Position numbers and translations under genes: made by a program. Below are positions 25,460-38,600 of a DNA stretch of 64,000 nt, piece after piece. The DNA comes from Trichoplax adhaerens (Eukaryota; Animalia; Placozoa), in NCBI RefSeq assembly GCF_000150275.1, contig NW_002060945.1, forward strand, positions 507,872 through 571,871. Direction: 5' to 3'. Under the pieces are notes generated by a model, which did no database searches, was not told the DNA's origin, and saw only the letters and a list, made by a program, of their open reading frames with translations. Numbering within the stretch: position 1 is the first letter of the stretch; the number at the start of each line of letters is the position of its first letter.

Positions 25460-28400
25460 ATGGAAAATACCAATACAAGTGATCCTGAACAACCTAGTTG
25501 CTTCAGTGCAATACAAATACTTCCTCCCACTGAAAATCAAGTAACTATCTGCGAGAAAAACTGCTTGTACCTTACAGAAGATGCCGATCAACTACGTTGC
25601 AATAGTCATGTTACTCAGGTACATCACGATGAGACAGAGTAAGATAATAATAATCCATCTGCAATGATACCATTGAATGCAAAAGCTTTGAAAAATAACT
25701 TCCATATATGTAATAGGACTAGCTACAATACCCAATGATAGAAATAAAGTTGTGCATGGTAGACAATTTCTACTACAGTACAGACAGTATATGACAGTCA
25801 TATTATTATCAGTTGTTTACCACATTTCGCCTTGATTTAACTTCTATATTATACTTGATGTAAAGTTATCAAATTTTTTTCTTATATGGTTATATTCCAT
25901 TTTACTATTCTTTACCAAACCTGCTACGTGCTGCAATAACGATGATGTAATCCAAAATTACTTTTCATGCTCATAGATTTCCAGTTATAAACGCATTGAG
26001 GTCAATAATGAACTAGAAAAATTTCGAATCGTATCATCCTCTGTTAGATCGGCCTTTGTTAAGCAGCAAAGTAATTACTGGCAGAAAATTTCACGTGCTT
26101 GGTATGTTTCTTTTCGATCCTGCTGTAATTCACAATAAGAATATAATGGATTATGTGGCAACCAATAATGCATTCACTGATACTATTTACAACAAATGTA
26201 CCTTACTTGTTTACTGCAGTCAGAATATATACGCGTATGTTTAAATTGCATACAGTATGTAGTATATTCTTTCGATAGTCTATGCTTGTCAGCGTCATAG
26301 TTGCTATGATTTCATATGATAAAAATGGGTACTTCATTTTCAGCTGTATATATGCACATTCGCTATTCTAATGGCGCCTGCACTGAACATTGCGATATAG
26401 CAAAAACAATAACTATACACAATACTATAGATCAATCATGAATTGTCGATTGCTTTATAACGATAGCATACTAATATTATTGCATTCATCGTAGGAAAAC
26501 TTGCGGTATTTCCGGCATTGTTCAAGAATTATCAGTAATAGAGAGTTCTTTAGACGATAATCAAAAAGCGACTTGGACTTTCAACTTACAGAAACTAACC
26601 GAAAAAGTGCTAACTTGTATTTTAAATGCACAAAAGCGATGGTTTCCTGCATCATTTGTAAGATAGAACAACTTATGACTATACAACTTAAGACTTACCA
26701 TTTTTAACCAATTGGCTATTGTTTTTTTCAGATGATAAATAAACAACTAGAAGCCAGCTATCTTCATCCGCATGGGTAATTCTTATGTCATGTAATAGTC
26801 TCTAAAAAAATGTTGTATCTGTTTACGTTAATGCAGCGTAAAATATCTTTAAAACTTTAGCTACTGCTTAACAGTCTATGCAAGTTTGTAATATATTCAA
26901 GTAAAGTTACTGATTAAATTACTACCTTTACTGATACATACAGTAAGCGATCTTCTATTGTGGCTCTAGCTTGGCATCCGCACATTTCCAAATTTGCTGT
27001 CGGTTTTAAGGTAATGTTATCGAAATTGGCAAAATATCGATTGTGCATATTAATAAATTATAAAATCGCCTGTTATGCAAGTCTATAAAGGAAATAGATC
27101 ATGGTTTGATTCTCATCTGTCTTTTATTGTAGGATAACACCGTTAGAATAATGTCTTTAACAAAGTTAGTAACGTTAATACCAATTTCATTCAAAATGCG
27201 ATTTATTATGATGCCGTAACTTCACACTCCCATATTACAGTGATAAATATAACTTACTCAAGCATGGCCAGCAAGAAGGAGTAACTTGTCTTGCATGGAG
27301 GTAAGTTCGTATCCATGTTTAAATTTATTATTGTCAATAATTATTAAAACATAGTAACGACCGCAAGTAGTATTCATCATTTATTACTCCATATTACAGG
27401 CCATTTGCAGGTTCTACTCTCGCAGTTGGTGGATTACATGGCATTATCATCTGGTATTTAAATTCTACCCGAGATACTACGTCTAGGTAGATTTTGAAAA
27501 GTTATTTTTATCATCAACTTAAAGAAATGAACGATAATCTGATTTCCTCAATTAAATAATTATTCATCGCAGGCAAGGCATCCGCTTGTTGGAGTGTAAA
27601 AAGCATTCACCTGTCGTCACAATGGCATGGAGTCCAACCGGAAACTATTTAGCTTCTGGATGTCCCCTTGATAATGCCTTGATGGTATGGTATATGCATA
27701 CCTACTATAGTTTAACTATATTTTTACTTTCTTGTCTTGATGTCCATATTTGATACGACAGATATGGGACGTAGAAAGTGAAACTTGCACTCCTCTACGT
27801 AGAAGTGGTGGAATTTCCCTGCTAAAATGGTCCCCTGATGGATCAAAGCTATTTGCTGCCTCTTCTGAATCGATCTTTAGGTATTGTAATATTATGTTTC
27901 GGTAGAAAGATTTAACGTAAGCATATTAAGCAGCGTGATAAATCGTCAACAATTGCGAATATTTACAAAAACAAAAATATCTTTGACAGAGTTTGGGAAA
28001 CTAGATGGTGGTCATGCGAAAAATGGTCTAGATTAAAGTCTAGCTGTAAGAGCGCATGCTGGAGCCCTGATGGAAAAATATTACTGTTCTCATTAAGAAA
28101 TGATTCTTCCTTATATTTTTTAAACTTTAAAGGTCAATATTTGAAGATAGCGTCAGCGATAATAGCGATAATTATGCACATTAATTGAATATTATTCTCA
28201 TATTTTTAGATGGTAAATTAGGTAGTAGTGGAGAAGTTGCTACAAACTTAACAAACTTGCAAAGATTTGAATTTGGTAACGGTGTAAAGTGAGTAGAAAA
28301 CTGAACTTCTTTTAAGAAAATTTCCTAATAAGCCCTTTTCTATCGCTAATTGATTACCCTCTCGATGATGATGCTTTTAATACAACACTGCATACTGTAA

Positions 28401-29100
28401 CAGGGTTGGAGGAAATATATGCAACCTATCGTGGGAAAACGATGGGTCACGCCTTGCGGTTACTTTTTCCAGTTAGTACATCGACGAGTGTAATGTAAAT
28501 ATTTTGTTTGATTAGTAGTAATCATTAAATGGATATCAATTACCTTGCATTAGATAACGATGATGATGAAGAGAGTAATTCTGAAGTTATCGTAACCTTT
28601 CTGACTACGCTAAAACCGAATTTTAGGATATCTTTATGGTATAGATTATTGTATAGCAGTATCGAATTTTTATTGATAATACTGAAAAATTTTGGCTTAT
28701 CGCCATTACCATTACCATTGCTATTCTAATCTTATATTGTATATGAACTAGCGGTTTCATTAGAGGAGAAGCTAATGAAACACCCGACCTTATTGAATTC
28801 CATAGCAGTAGAATCAACAAAACTTTATTATCAGTGGTATGTTAAATGTTATATATATATATATATACTGATGCTTTCACGCATTTCCTAAATTTTAATC
28901 GCTGCAGAGTGTCAATTATCATTCATTAGTCTTAATGTTTTATATTTCAGTGTTGGTCTAGTGGCTATATGTCATTTATTCCCTTTTACTTGAATGAATT
29001 AAGACAAATCCGCCAAACTGGTACAATTAATTCTCCCATGCCTAACCAACCTACAATGAAAAATAATATAACGTTATACTCAAATATCCAACAGCAATGA
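25460..29100 (+). CDS. AAAS: Aladin (WD40 nucleoporin), multi-exon
   Basis: LPPTENQVTICEKN; VTCLAWRPFAGSTLAVG; HSPVVTMAWSPTG..LASGCPLDNALMIWDVESETCTPL..GGISLLKWSPDGSKLFA..FRVWETRWWSCEKW..CKSACWSPDG; CGFIRGE; last exon 28951-29100 CWSSGYMSFIPFY. Matches Aladin. Confidence 0.92.
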
Positions 29101-32100
29101 ATAAAGTGTCTTTTATTGGAAACAAATTTATATGATAAATTGATTAAATAAACTAGCATCAGGAGCAGCTGACTATTTTGAACGCACAATAATTATATAC
29201 TGTATAATACTAATATACATATTATATATGATACGCAATATTTAATGTATTCGTACCAAATTTGCTAATTTAAATATACGCTGACTTACTATTAATGGTT
29301 ACTCGGCATGTATGATTGTATGAGGTTGTACATATTTTATTGATTTAAGTAAAATAAAATAAATCTCGTCAAGTATTCCTGATAGCTATTTTAAAATATA
29401 GTTTTGTAAATCAATAGATTTCAAGGCCTTGACTAGTAATAAAAACAAGTATTCATTGAGTGCTGCGACTGTTGCTAATTTGTTATACTTTAAGGAAGCA
29501 TGAATTCACATTTATCAATAAACTCAGCAAGTTGACTGTGAAAGCAATGAACAAATTGCATTAGAAGATTGCTATGTAAACCGATATATTATACTTTACC
29601 ATTGCTTATATTTTACTAAAATGTCTAAACTGCCCATAAAGACATCCAATCAATGTAAAGCTATCAGCTTAGTCATTGCCGTTATGCAGTAAAGAGCGTA
29701 CGGTATAAAGAAAATACTGCAAAGGTAGATCTTTGAGCAAACTGGAGCTAGATTAGACTACTTTCAATGGTAAGAACGATTATCCGACTGTGATATTTTA
29801 CGAATAAGCGTATATAGCATGAAGTACAATTTAACTATACATCGTTACGAGTACCTTCATTACGTGCAGAATACATCATACACCCGTAAAATAGTCCTTA
29901 TATAACAAACCAGCTACATCAGCATACCGTTTTCTTATACAGTATAGCCACCATTACGATAATTTCTTTTAGACGTTTTTGAAATTTTATAGGAATCTTA
30001 TTTGAGGACTGTTCTAATTTCAATGAGTAAGTAAGGGCAGCATACCTGACACAACCTATACCGTTCATTAATTTGTGCTTTTGATTCACGTGAGTTATTA
30101 AAATTAGCGAAGAAAAAAACTTTAAAGGCGCCGCAAACTTATGAATCATTGGGAAACTTTTTCACCTTAAAATGCTAAGTTTATCATAGCTAAATTCGTT
30201 ACAAGTAAACTTACCTGACGTATATTATATACTATTATTAAGCATATAATTTCACTTATGTTATCGAAATTAAGATGATGATTTATTTTCATTTTCAGAG
30301 CTATCATTATAATATTTTCGAATAGTAAATATCATCAATTTCGATTCAGAAATATTTAATAGCTTGGCTTAGAATAATTTACTGATTGACCCTGAGGACA
30401 TTGACATGTATCGCACATGTTAGCGAAATTTTAGATGATTTTACCGCATTGTTTCAGTTATTATCATAAGATCAACAAAGACTATCAGGTAACTAAAAAT
30501 GAAGAATAGTACAAAAATAACTACGGTACTGTATCCGATTTATCATGTAATATGGCAGATTTTGCTTGTAACTCCACATCACTTTATTAATTTATTTCGT
30601 TACTTGTACAACAGTACACAATACAGCAAGTAAAATTTGCTACCTATCGACATTTTTATAGACTTAGCAGTTATTTCTAGCATGATTGAGCTTAAATTAG
30701 GATATGAATACAATCGTAATAGCTTAGATAGTTCCGGCTCCTCTATATGCGTAGAATAGTTATAACCATAGCATCAATAATTAATTGTAATAAACAAAAA
30801 ATAAATAAAGATATAATCGTATTCGTCATATACCATGGATAGAAAAAACGTCTACATTATTGATCGAGTGACGTTTAGCTAGTTTAAAAATTTCATAGAA
30901 TGATAATTAGAATTCATTTATGTAAAGCTGACATTGACTTGTAATGATAAGATACTAACAATATCTAGCACCATAAGCCATTTTTCAATATTGAATCCTA
31001 CTCAGAAATCAATCCTTATTGTAAAACAGGGCCCTCTTCATTTCGAGGTAGGGTACAATCGGTAAATGTCTTTGATCTACTTAAATTAATTAAGTAGGTA
31101 TCATTAATTTTTATGATACTGGTCCTTATGATTTCATACTACAGAGAATACTGTACTGGGGATATATCCCTAAGTATAAGAAAAGGAAAGAGTTATGCCT
31201 TTCATTAATGTATCATATTGCTACAACAATAGTCGAGTTGCAATCGTGAGGCAATAAAAAAAGATTGGATCGTAATTAACATTCACTCAAAGGTGATTAT
31301 AGAATACAAGCATACGAGTATTCTGTCAGAAGCTATAAAACAAAGCTGGAGGATAGGATAGATAATTAAGATTGTTACTGTATCCTGTAACACTAAAATA
31401 TCCGAGTACACTAACACGACCATCGGTTAGAAATTATCCTCTACTTAAAGGTAATTATAGATTATAAAACATATTTCATAATAACTTATAAAAACAAAAC
31501 CAAAGAATAAAATAAGAAATACAATAGCTACACAGTACCGTAACATTAATATATTTACACAGATGCAGATAGAAAATTTAACTATCATCTTTATGCCAAG
31601 AGAGAGAATCGTATTAAACTTTACCCACCTGTTGCAATAGAAAGTTAAACGGATAGGTAAACAATCTACAAAATTCTAACATATCTACTATGATGAAGTT
31701 GCAATACTGTGTAGAGGAGAAAAAATGATAATTGAGTAACTTTACCCATAATAACCAAAATAATAATACGGATTATTTGATGTAGTCTTTGTATGCAACT
31801 ATTTAAGCCTACGTACCATAAATAAAAAATTTTATCAATAGAATTCATTAAGATCAAGTAAAAAAACAAATTTATCAATGGATCTTTATTACAGCATAAT
31901 ATCCTTAGACATCAAACAGATAAATGATAAAATTTGTTCCTAATAGCCATGGCAATAATACAAATTACTAAATGTAGGCTCCAGTAGTCAAGTATTGAAG
32001 GCTATGGTACAAAAAATTATTATTAATACTATTAAATCAAGAAGAAAAAATCAATTTATAAATAGATAATTATCACCAATCTTGAAATTGATTGGATCGG

Positions 32101-32663
32101 CACTCAATGATTAATCGTAATTTCAATCTACCGATGATTGATGTAATTTAACAAACTAACATGTTGCTTGTAAAGCAAAAATAAAAAGAGTGTAAATAAG
32201 AATATCGATGAGTTGATTGAAGAGTCGATTTATAATTAAAACTATTATCTACCTGCCTAATGTTATATTTTAATCTATTATATATTAAATAACGTTATCT
32301 AGTTGAAAGCTAACCGACGCCTTCATGTTGCTTTGTCTATCTATTCGTCAGTTACTGGCGTCATATATATTATCTATCAGACAGGAATAATAACAATAGG
32401 TAATTTAGATTGACAATTTTCTTCTATATAGACCCTGCCTAAATTACCACTAGTATTCACCTCTAGTATTTGGACTTACTTAATTTGCAACGGAAATATC
32501 ATTTTTCCGCAAGAGAACTCTATTCATTCCATTTACTTTCCTCCGAGGCTATATAAAATACATCTTCAAGTCAATTCAGTTATATGATCAAATTAAATCA
32601 ACTAAAAGCGATCATATTTGACCTAATACTAACTACCTGTAAGACCAACGAAAAGTGCTCGCA

Positions 32664-35600
32664 ATGTTACTTTTACCTTGCTTTATCCTAGCAACAGCTT
32701 TCCTTTCCAGTTCACTAATTACTGGTAAGTAAAATTGCCTCTGGTACTTCTTATTCTTATACCATTATATATTGTAACTGACCAAAATAGATTGTTCAAC
32801 ATACTTACGAATATAATATGATAAATATTGCAATCTCTGTAGCTGAAGCTGTCGATTAATGACGTAGATTTCAATTTGATATAGTTGATGACCTATGATC
32901 GACAGCATTAGAAATGTGTTAAAATTTACTACTAACAGCTATTTTCTACAATGTGTAGTATGTTGGCTTGGATCCAACTTTCAGTCTACCAATTTTTTCC
33001 CTGTATAAAGTAATCTAATAGAAGATTATAAAGCGATATCTTTCGTATTTATAGTTCTACATTTTGTTTTTGAACCTTAACATGATTTAGCTACAACAAC
33101 TTCTTGCTGCAACTTGGCAACAGATTCTCTCGATTGTAAAGCCGCCTGTTTAGAGGTAAGAGTGCTCCTTCAATTCATATACTATTACACTTGGTTTCGT
33201 TGATAGATAAAACCATATCATCTAAATATTCTAGTAAATTATTTTAAGATTTTAAAATAGCGCAGTATATCATACCAAAGTACTCATAAAATTACTTGAA
33301 ATCGCTATAGTAAGCGTATTTTAATCGTAATTAAATTAGCATTGATTCTAGTAATCGATAATAATTGAACACAACCACTATGTAATTATGTTCATACTCT
33401 GGTGCACAGTACAGTTTCATCTTGCAACGATACTAAAAGCATTTAAATTATATTCTTTCTTAAATTCTATACTCTCAAACTTTATGCTTTAATATATGAA
33501 ATTTTCGCTAGTAAAATCTTCATTTTAAAATTATAGTAACATCCTTACGATAAAGGGGAAAGCTATTCCTTTTGATAGATTGAAAGTTGCTTTACGCTGC
33601 TGGCTGATAGAATTCAACATTAATTTTATTTGCGTACATCTAAGCCATTATATATTTCTTCAATATCTGCAGCAACTACGTTAGCAACATCTAATTATAT
33701 CCACCTTATTAAACGAAATACTACCTCCATCATAAACTAAAATTACTTTATGCAACAGGTTGATTGCCTATAACATCTGTCACATTTGCGTAAAATCAAA
33801 GCACTACATGCCGTAATATATCATGTTTGCGTAAAAATCAAAGTATCACACATTTCTTTATCATCCATAACATCCATACGAGTAATATATTATTTTTGGC
33901 TTGTTTTACATGCTCATGTTATTCCTCGTTACGTTAGCATATTCTTCAAGTCTAATTCACCTAACGCCAAGATAATGCATGATTCAACAATTGAAAAGTC
34001 ATTTTGCGCATTTTGAGTTAGGGTATAAGCTAATGGTATCTTTCAATCTACTGCAATTATTAGTGAGTCAGGTTAAAATTGATTTTATGCAAAATGATCT
34101 AATCTAATTTCGAAAAGCTTGTATCTAATATCCATTTAAAGTATATGCTAAAGCATATGATGGAGGTAGCATTAAATGCTCTCACTTTTTATGCATGAAT
34201 TGCATAAAATGTGATTATTTATCAAAAGCAGTTTTAATGAATGCAACTGCATACTGAATTTCTAACTTAGAAATAGCTGCAATAGATTCATTATTTAAGC
34301 GATGCATATTTCTATATAGGTATCAGCTAATGCCAATGGTTAATATTAGGACATAATTTCATCCTTGATTGCATTTTTCAGTGGGGAATAAATACAGTTC
34401 TACTCTATATTACCGTTAGAGTAAAATAATTACGATTTTAATTTGGTGTATTCTGTTGAACAAATACGCGTGTATCATGTGCATGTTATTGTCCTATAAT
34501 GATTCCATATACGATATTAGTAAGTATAACTGTAACTAAATTCATAGAAACGCTACAAATCAATTTAGTAAATTATTGAGAGATACAATATGACCTTCAA
34601 ATTCTTCATGTTCTTTTAATGACGTGGAAGAAAGTCAACAAATACACTTGTATTGAATTCATCTCATTTTTTGTAGCCTAGCTACATTGGATAGCATTGA
34701 AAAATGTCACAATACATCGGAATCTTTGATCGCAATTCAATATAGTATCAATACTATCAATGTCAACAATGATCGACTTTGAATAATATGTTTGATACAG
34801 CGCTAGCGAAGAGGAGAGATTATAACTAAATCATAATTGTTCGTGTTATACTTAAAAATTAATAACTTTTTATCTATGTGTATTTACTACTTATGAATAA
34901 ATTAAGAAATTTTATTACTCTCTTTCATTATAGCTGTACGGTGTTCATCCGGGCGACATGGAAGGTTATACGAAGAGTGTAACTGCCTTGCTAGAGCGTT
35001 GCCCTTCTAATAATGTAAGTTGAGTACAGAACAATATGCGTTTCATTTATTTAGCTATTTGTGCAGTATTATACAATACTGTGTCATGTCAATAATAAGA
35101 GCAAGGTCAAGTACATAAATTTTTCGGCAATAATATAAATAGTATAACGTTGTATCCACCAAACTGTTGCCATCACGCTGATATATCGAAAATAAATTAG
35201 TATTTATTTTTATAATAATAGTTTAAATTAAATAATGGAGACATCTGCAGCCATTACGTTGGCAGGTAAATTGTAGTGTATTATTTTATCTAATATTATG
35301 ATGTAGTATCTAAATTATAGACGGCATAATTATCATCTTTTAATGATTTCTTCGCATTGTCTGCGCGCTAGTATACGTCTGCACTCCCTACTGTGTTATA
35401 AACTACCGCTACACAGTATGGCATATTACTGTTAATGGTTATAAGTATGATTTGAGGATAACGTCATTTACATTAATGTCTGCTGTCACAATCAAAACTG
35501 TCTCAACTGACCGCGATGATCAATTTTAAATTTATCGAAATAAGATGCGCAAAAGTTCATATTGCTATCTATAATAATTATCAGATGGAGCAAACTACAC

Positions 35601-38600
35601 GAGGCTAGCTGATTTAGCGTTTAATAGATTTTATACTCTAATTATTATGAGAATTATCGTTGAACATTAAGTCGCCACAAACAAGATATCATATCTGACG
35701 ATATATATATTGGTGAATGTATACGATAGCAGTTTGCAGCAATTTTGCTATATATTTAATATAGGATTGAATAAATTATAGCGCAATGTAATACAAATAG
35801 GACTTAATTTACAGCGAATATGCAATTGCGATAAAGATCATCATTGTGTACCGGATTTTTTCGAATAAGTATCACATAGAGGCAGATATGTATATATATA
35901 CGGAATCGTGGTGGCGACATGATTGATTGAGTATATAACAACTATTATAACGCTCAATTCTTGATCGATTCTCGCTGTACGATGAAAAATTATTTCCGTG
36001 CATTCAATTTGCTCTAGTGAAATGTCATATAATCCTCTTCGTATACAGTATACTTGCAAGATTTTCTCTAGTTATAATGACGATATAGCTAGCTATACAA
36101 TATGCGGCTATTACCATTAGATCGAGTAAACTCGAGTTGATGGTTGACTAATTGGCCAGACTTCAGCAATTATTTACGAAAATTATTAATGTCCCTATTT
36201 TAAGATCAATGGCGCAGTTATGTTATAGTATCAAGATATAGAGTTACATGTCTAGCGGCCTTAAAATTATACGCGAGGATATTTTTAGATCAATTTAATG
36301 TATATCTCGCCTATTAACTAGTCCAATAATTACCTAGTTATAATTAATACATCATAGCGTCGCGGCATTATTTTTACTCCTTCTGTATTCGTTTAGGATA
36401 AATGTTTTTGATGTACGATTTGGTAATAAATGTATGACTATACAGAATTAGCCGACACCCAAAGGAAGTTAATATCCACCGCAGCTACCTACTATGTTGC
36501 AATTGACTACTTAAGATGCGTTGATTCTAATTAGACCACGTTTACAGTAACAAAAGATAGTGCTTTGCTTCTATATGAGTGAGGAAATATTAAATACACA
36601 CAATATGTCGATTACTCATACAACCATTCTTCGCCGTAGAAAAATATCTACATTTAGCAGTAATAAATGCGAGTATAGTAGAAGTACAACTTAGCTATGA
36701 CACAGTGCGCATTCTTTAAATTGTATCCCATATAATTTACCTTTACAATTTTGTACTATAATTTTATGAATAATGCCGATAATTAGTAACTGAGAGGCAT
36801 GTCGAAAATTAGATAGGTTCTTCTATACTTTTGAAGAAAAACTCTCTTAATCCCTCTAAATGGATTTGCTCTAACTACGGCAGAAATAGTTACCTCTACA
36901 TCTCGATGCATAGTTTATCAGTGCATATTCTTTGCTTAATATGCCCCTATTGAACTTACTATCAATAAAATTAAGTAATTACAGGTTTCTTCTGTTGGAA
37001 ATTCATTGAATAATTGAAATAAAACAGTATAACGACCTATTATAGCAATAAGGAATGCGGTATTTTTACCAATTAGTTTAATGTATTAGTATGACATGCT
37101 TTCATTACAAACACGGCAACTTTTCCTTGTCTCGTGCTTTCGGTATTAATCCTACATATCTAGATCGTAGATTTAGTGCTATAACATAATTATTAAAAAT
37201 ATAAATTTTAAGACTCTGATATTTTAGGTAGAGCTTTTTGCTGTTAAAACGGCTACGTTAATGCGGAATTTAATTTGAAGAACATACTAGCATAGGCGAT
37301 ACTTATTGTGCAACATAGGGTTGAAGCTGAGTGAAAAATCTATAGCCTAGCTTGACGCGGGAAGCAAAATGTCATGTTACATTACCTACAGACTTGATTA
37401 AGCATAACTATATCTACATAAAATTTAGTACATTAATTTGCTTATAACAATATCAATATTTTAATGACAACTTTATAGGGTGTACACTGTACAGTGTACA
37501 CCCTATAATGAACGAAAGAGATGAACTGCAAGAATGAGTGAGGAATATGCCATATTATATCATAGACATATAAAACAGCAGAATCAATCAGGAAATTCGG
37601 TAGATTTGAATTACTTACAGTTAAAAAAAAGCGTCAAAGATAATTATGTAGAGCGAGCATTTTACATAATTATTATCTGTTAATGCAAATTAAGAAATGA
37701 AATTATAGAAATATCTTGGCATAAATAGAAGACGAAGACCAAAATAATCGTAATTATTTGTAGACAAATTTATTTAATACACATACTGTACTTATTACTA
37801 GCCACTACGTTTGAAGTATATCCGTATGATAGTATTAATATTAGTAGCCACATGTTGCACCAACAGAACAAAACATGGAAAGTAATAAACTATATAAATT
37901 ACATTAAACAAGGGACAAATAATTACATATATAATCAATAAAACGCCAATTCAATATAAGTATCCTATCGACAACTGTTGAATGCAAGAATTTACTAATT
38001 ACTTCTTCTAAATTATCAGACGCAGTTTTGGCAATGTATTCCTCCAACTCGATCAGGTAAATTGATGAACTAACTGATATTATAATTATTAATATTAAGC
38101 TAGAATATTATAATCAATGCCTGTACTTTAGAACGCAGTACTTACAATTTTAGAAAAGGTTTTAGTCGAATGATCTTCATATGTACATATTCATATTGTA
38201 CCATGATTTTAATTTATTTTATCTCTATAATGGATTTTGCAACAGTAAAAGGTATCAAAATAGAGTGGGTCGAGGGCTACTACTTTAATTATCAAACACG
38301 AACCTAGCGTCATAGCATTCAGATTGTTACAATCTCTTCCCGAAGAGGTTATGGCATTTTATGCGTGTAACATAATTAAAGAGTCTTAGTGAAGCTATTT
38401 AGATTTAAAGCGGATTGAAATTAAGAGATATTTCAATTCCGTACTGTCTACTTCCAGATAGAGTCATATAATACTAATTAAAACATAGTAAAGGAGAATC
38501 GAATTTAGTTGATCGAATTTCTTCCTCAATTGATCAAAATATTAGATTTAGCATGATGAACAATTGAACATGCTGAAATAAACAACTTAGAAAGTGTTTC

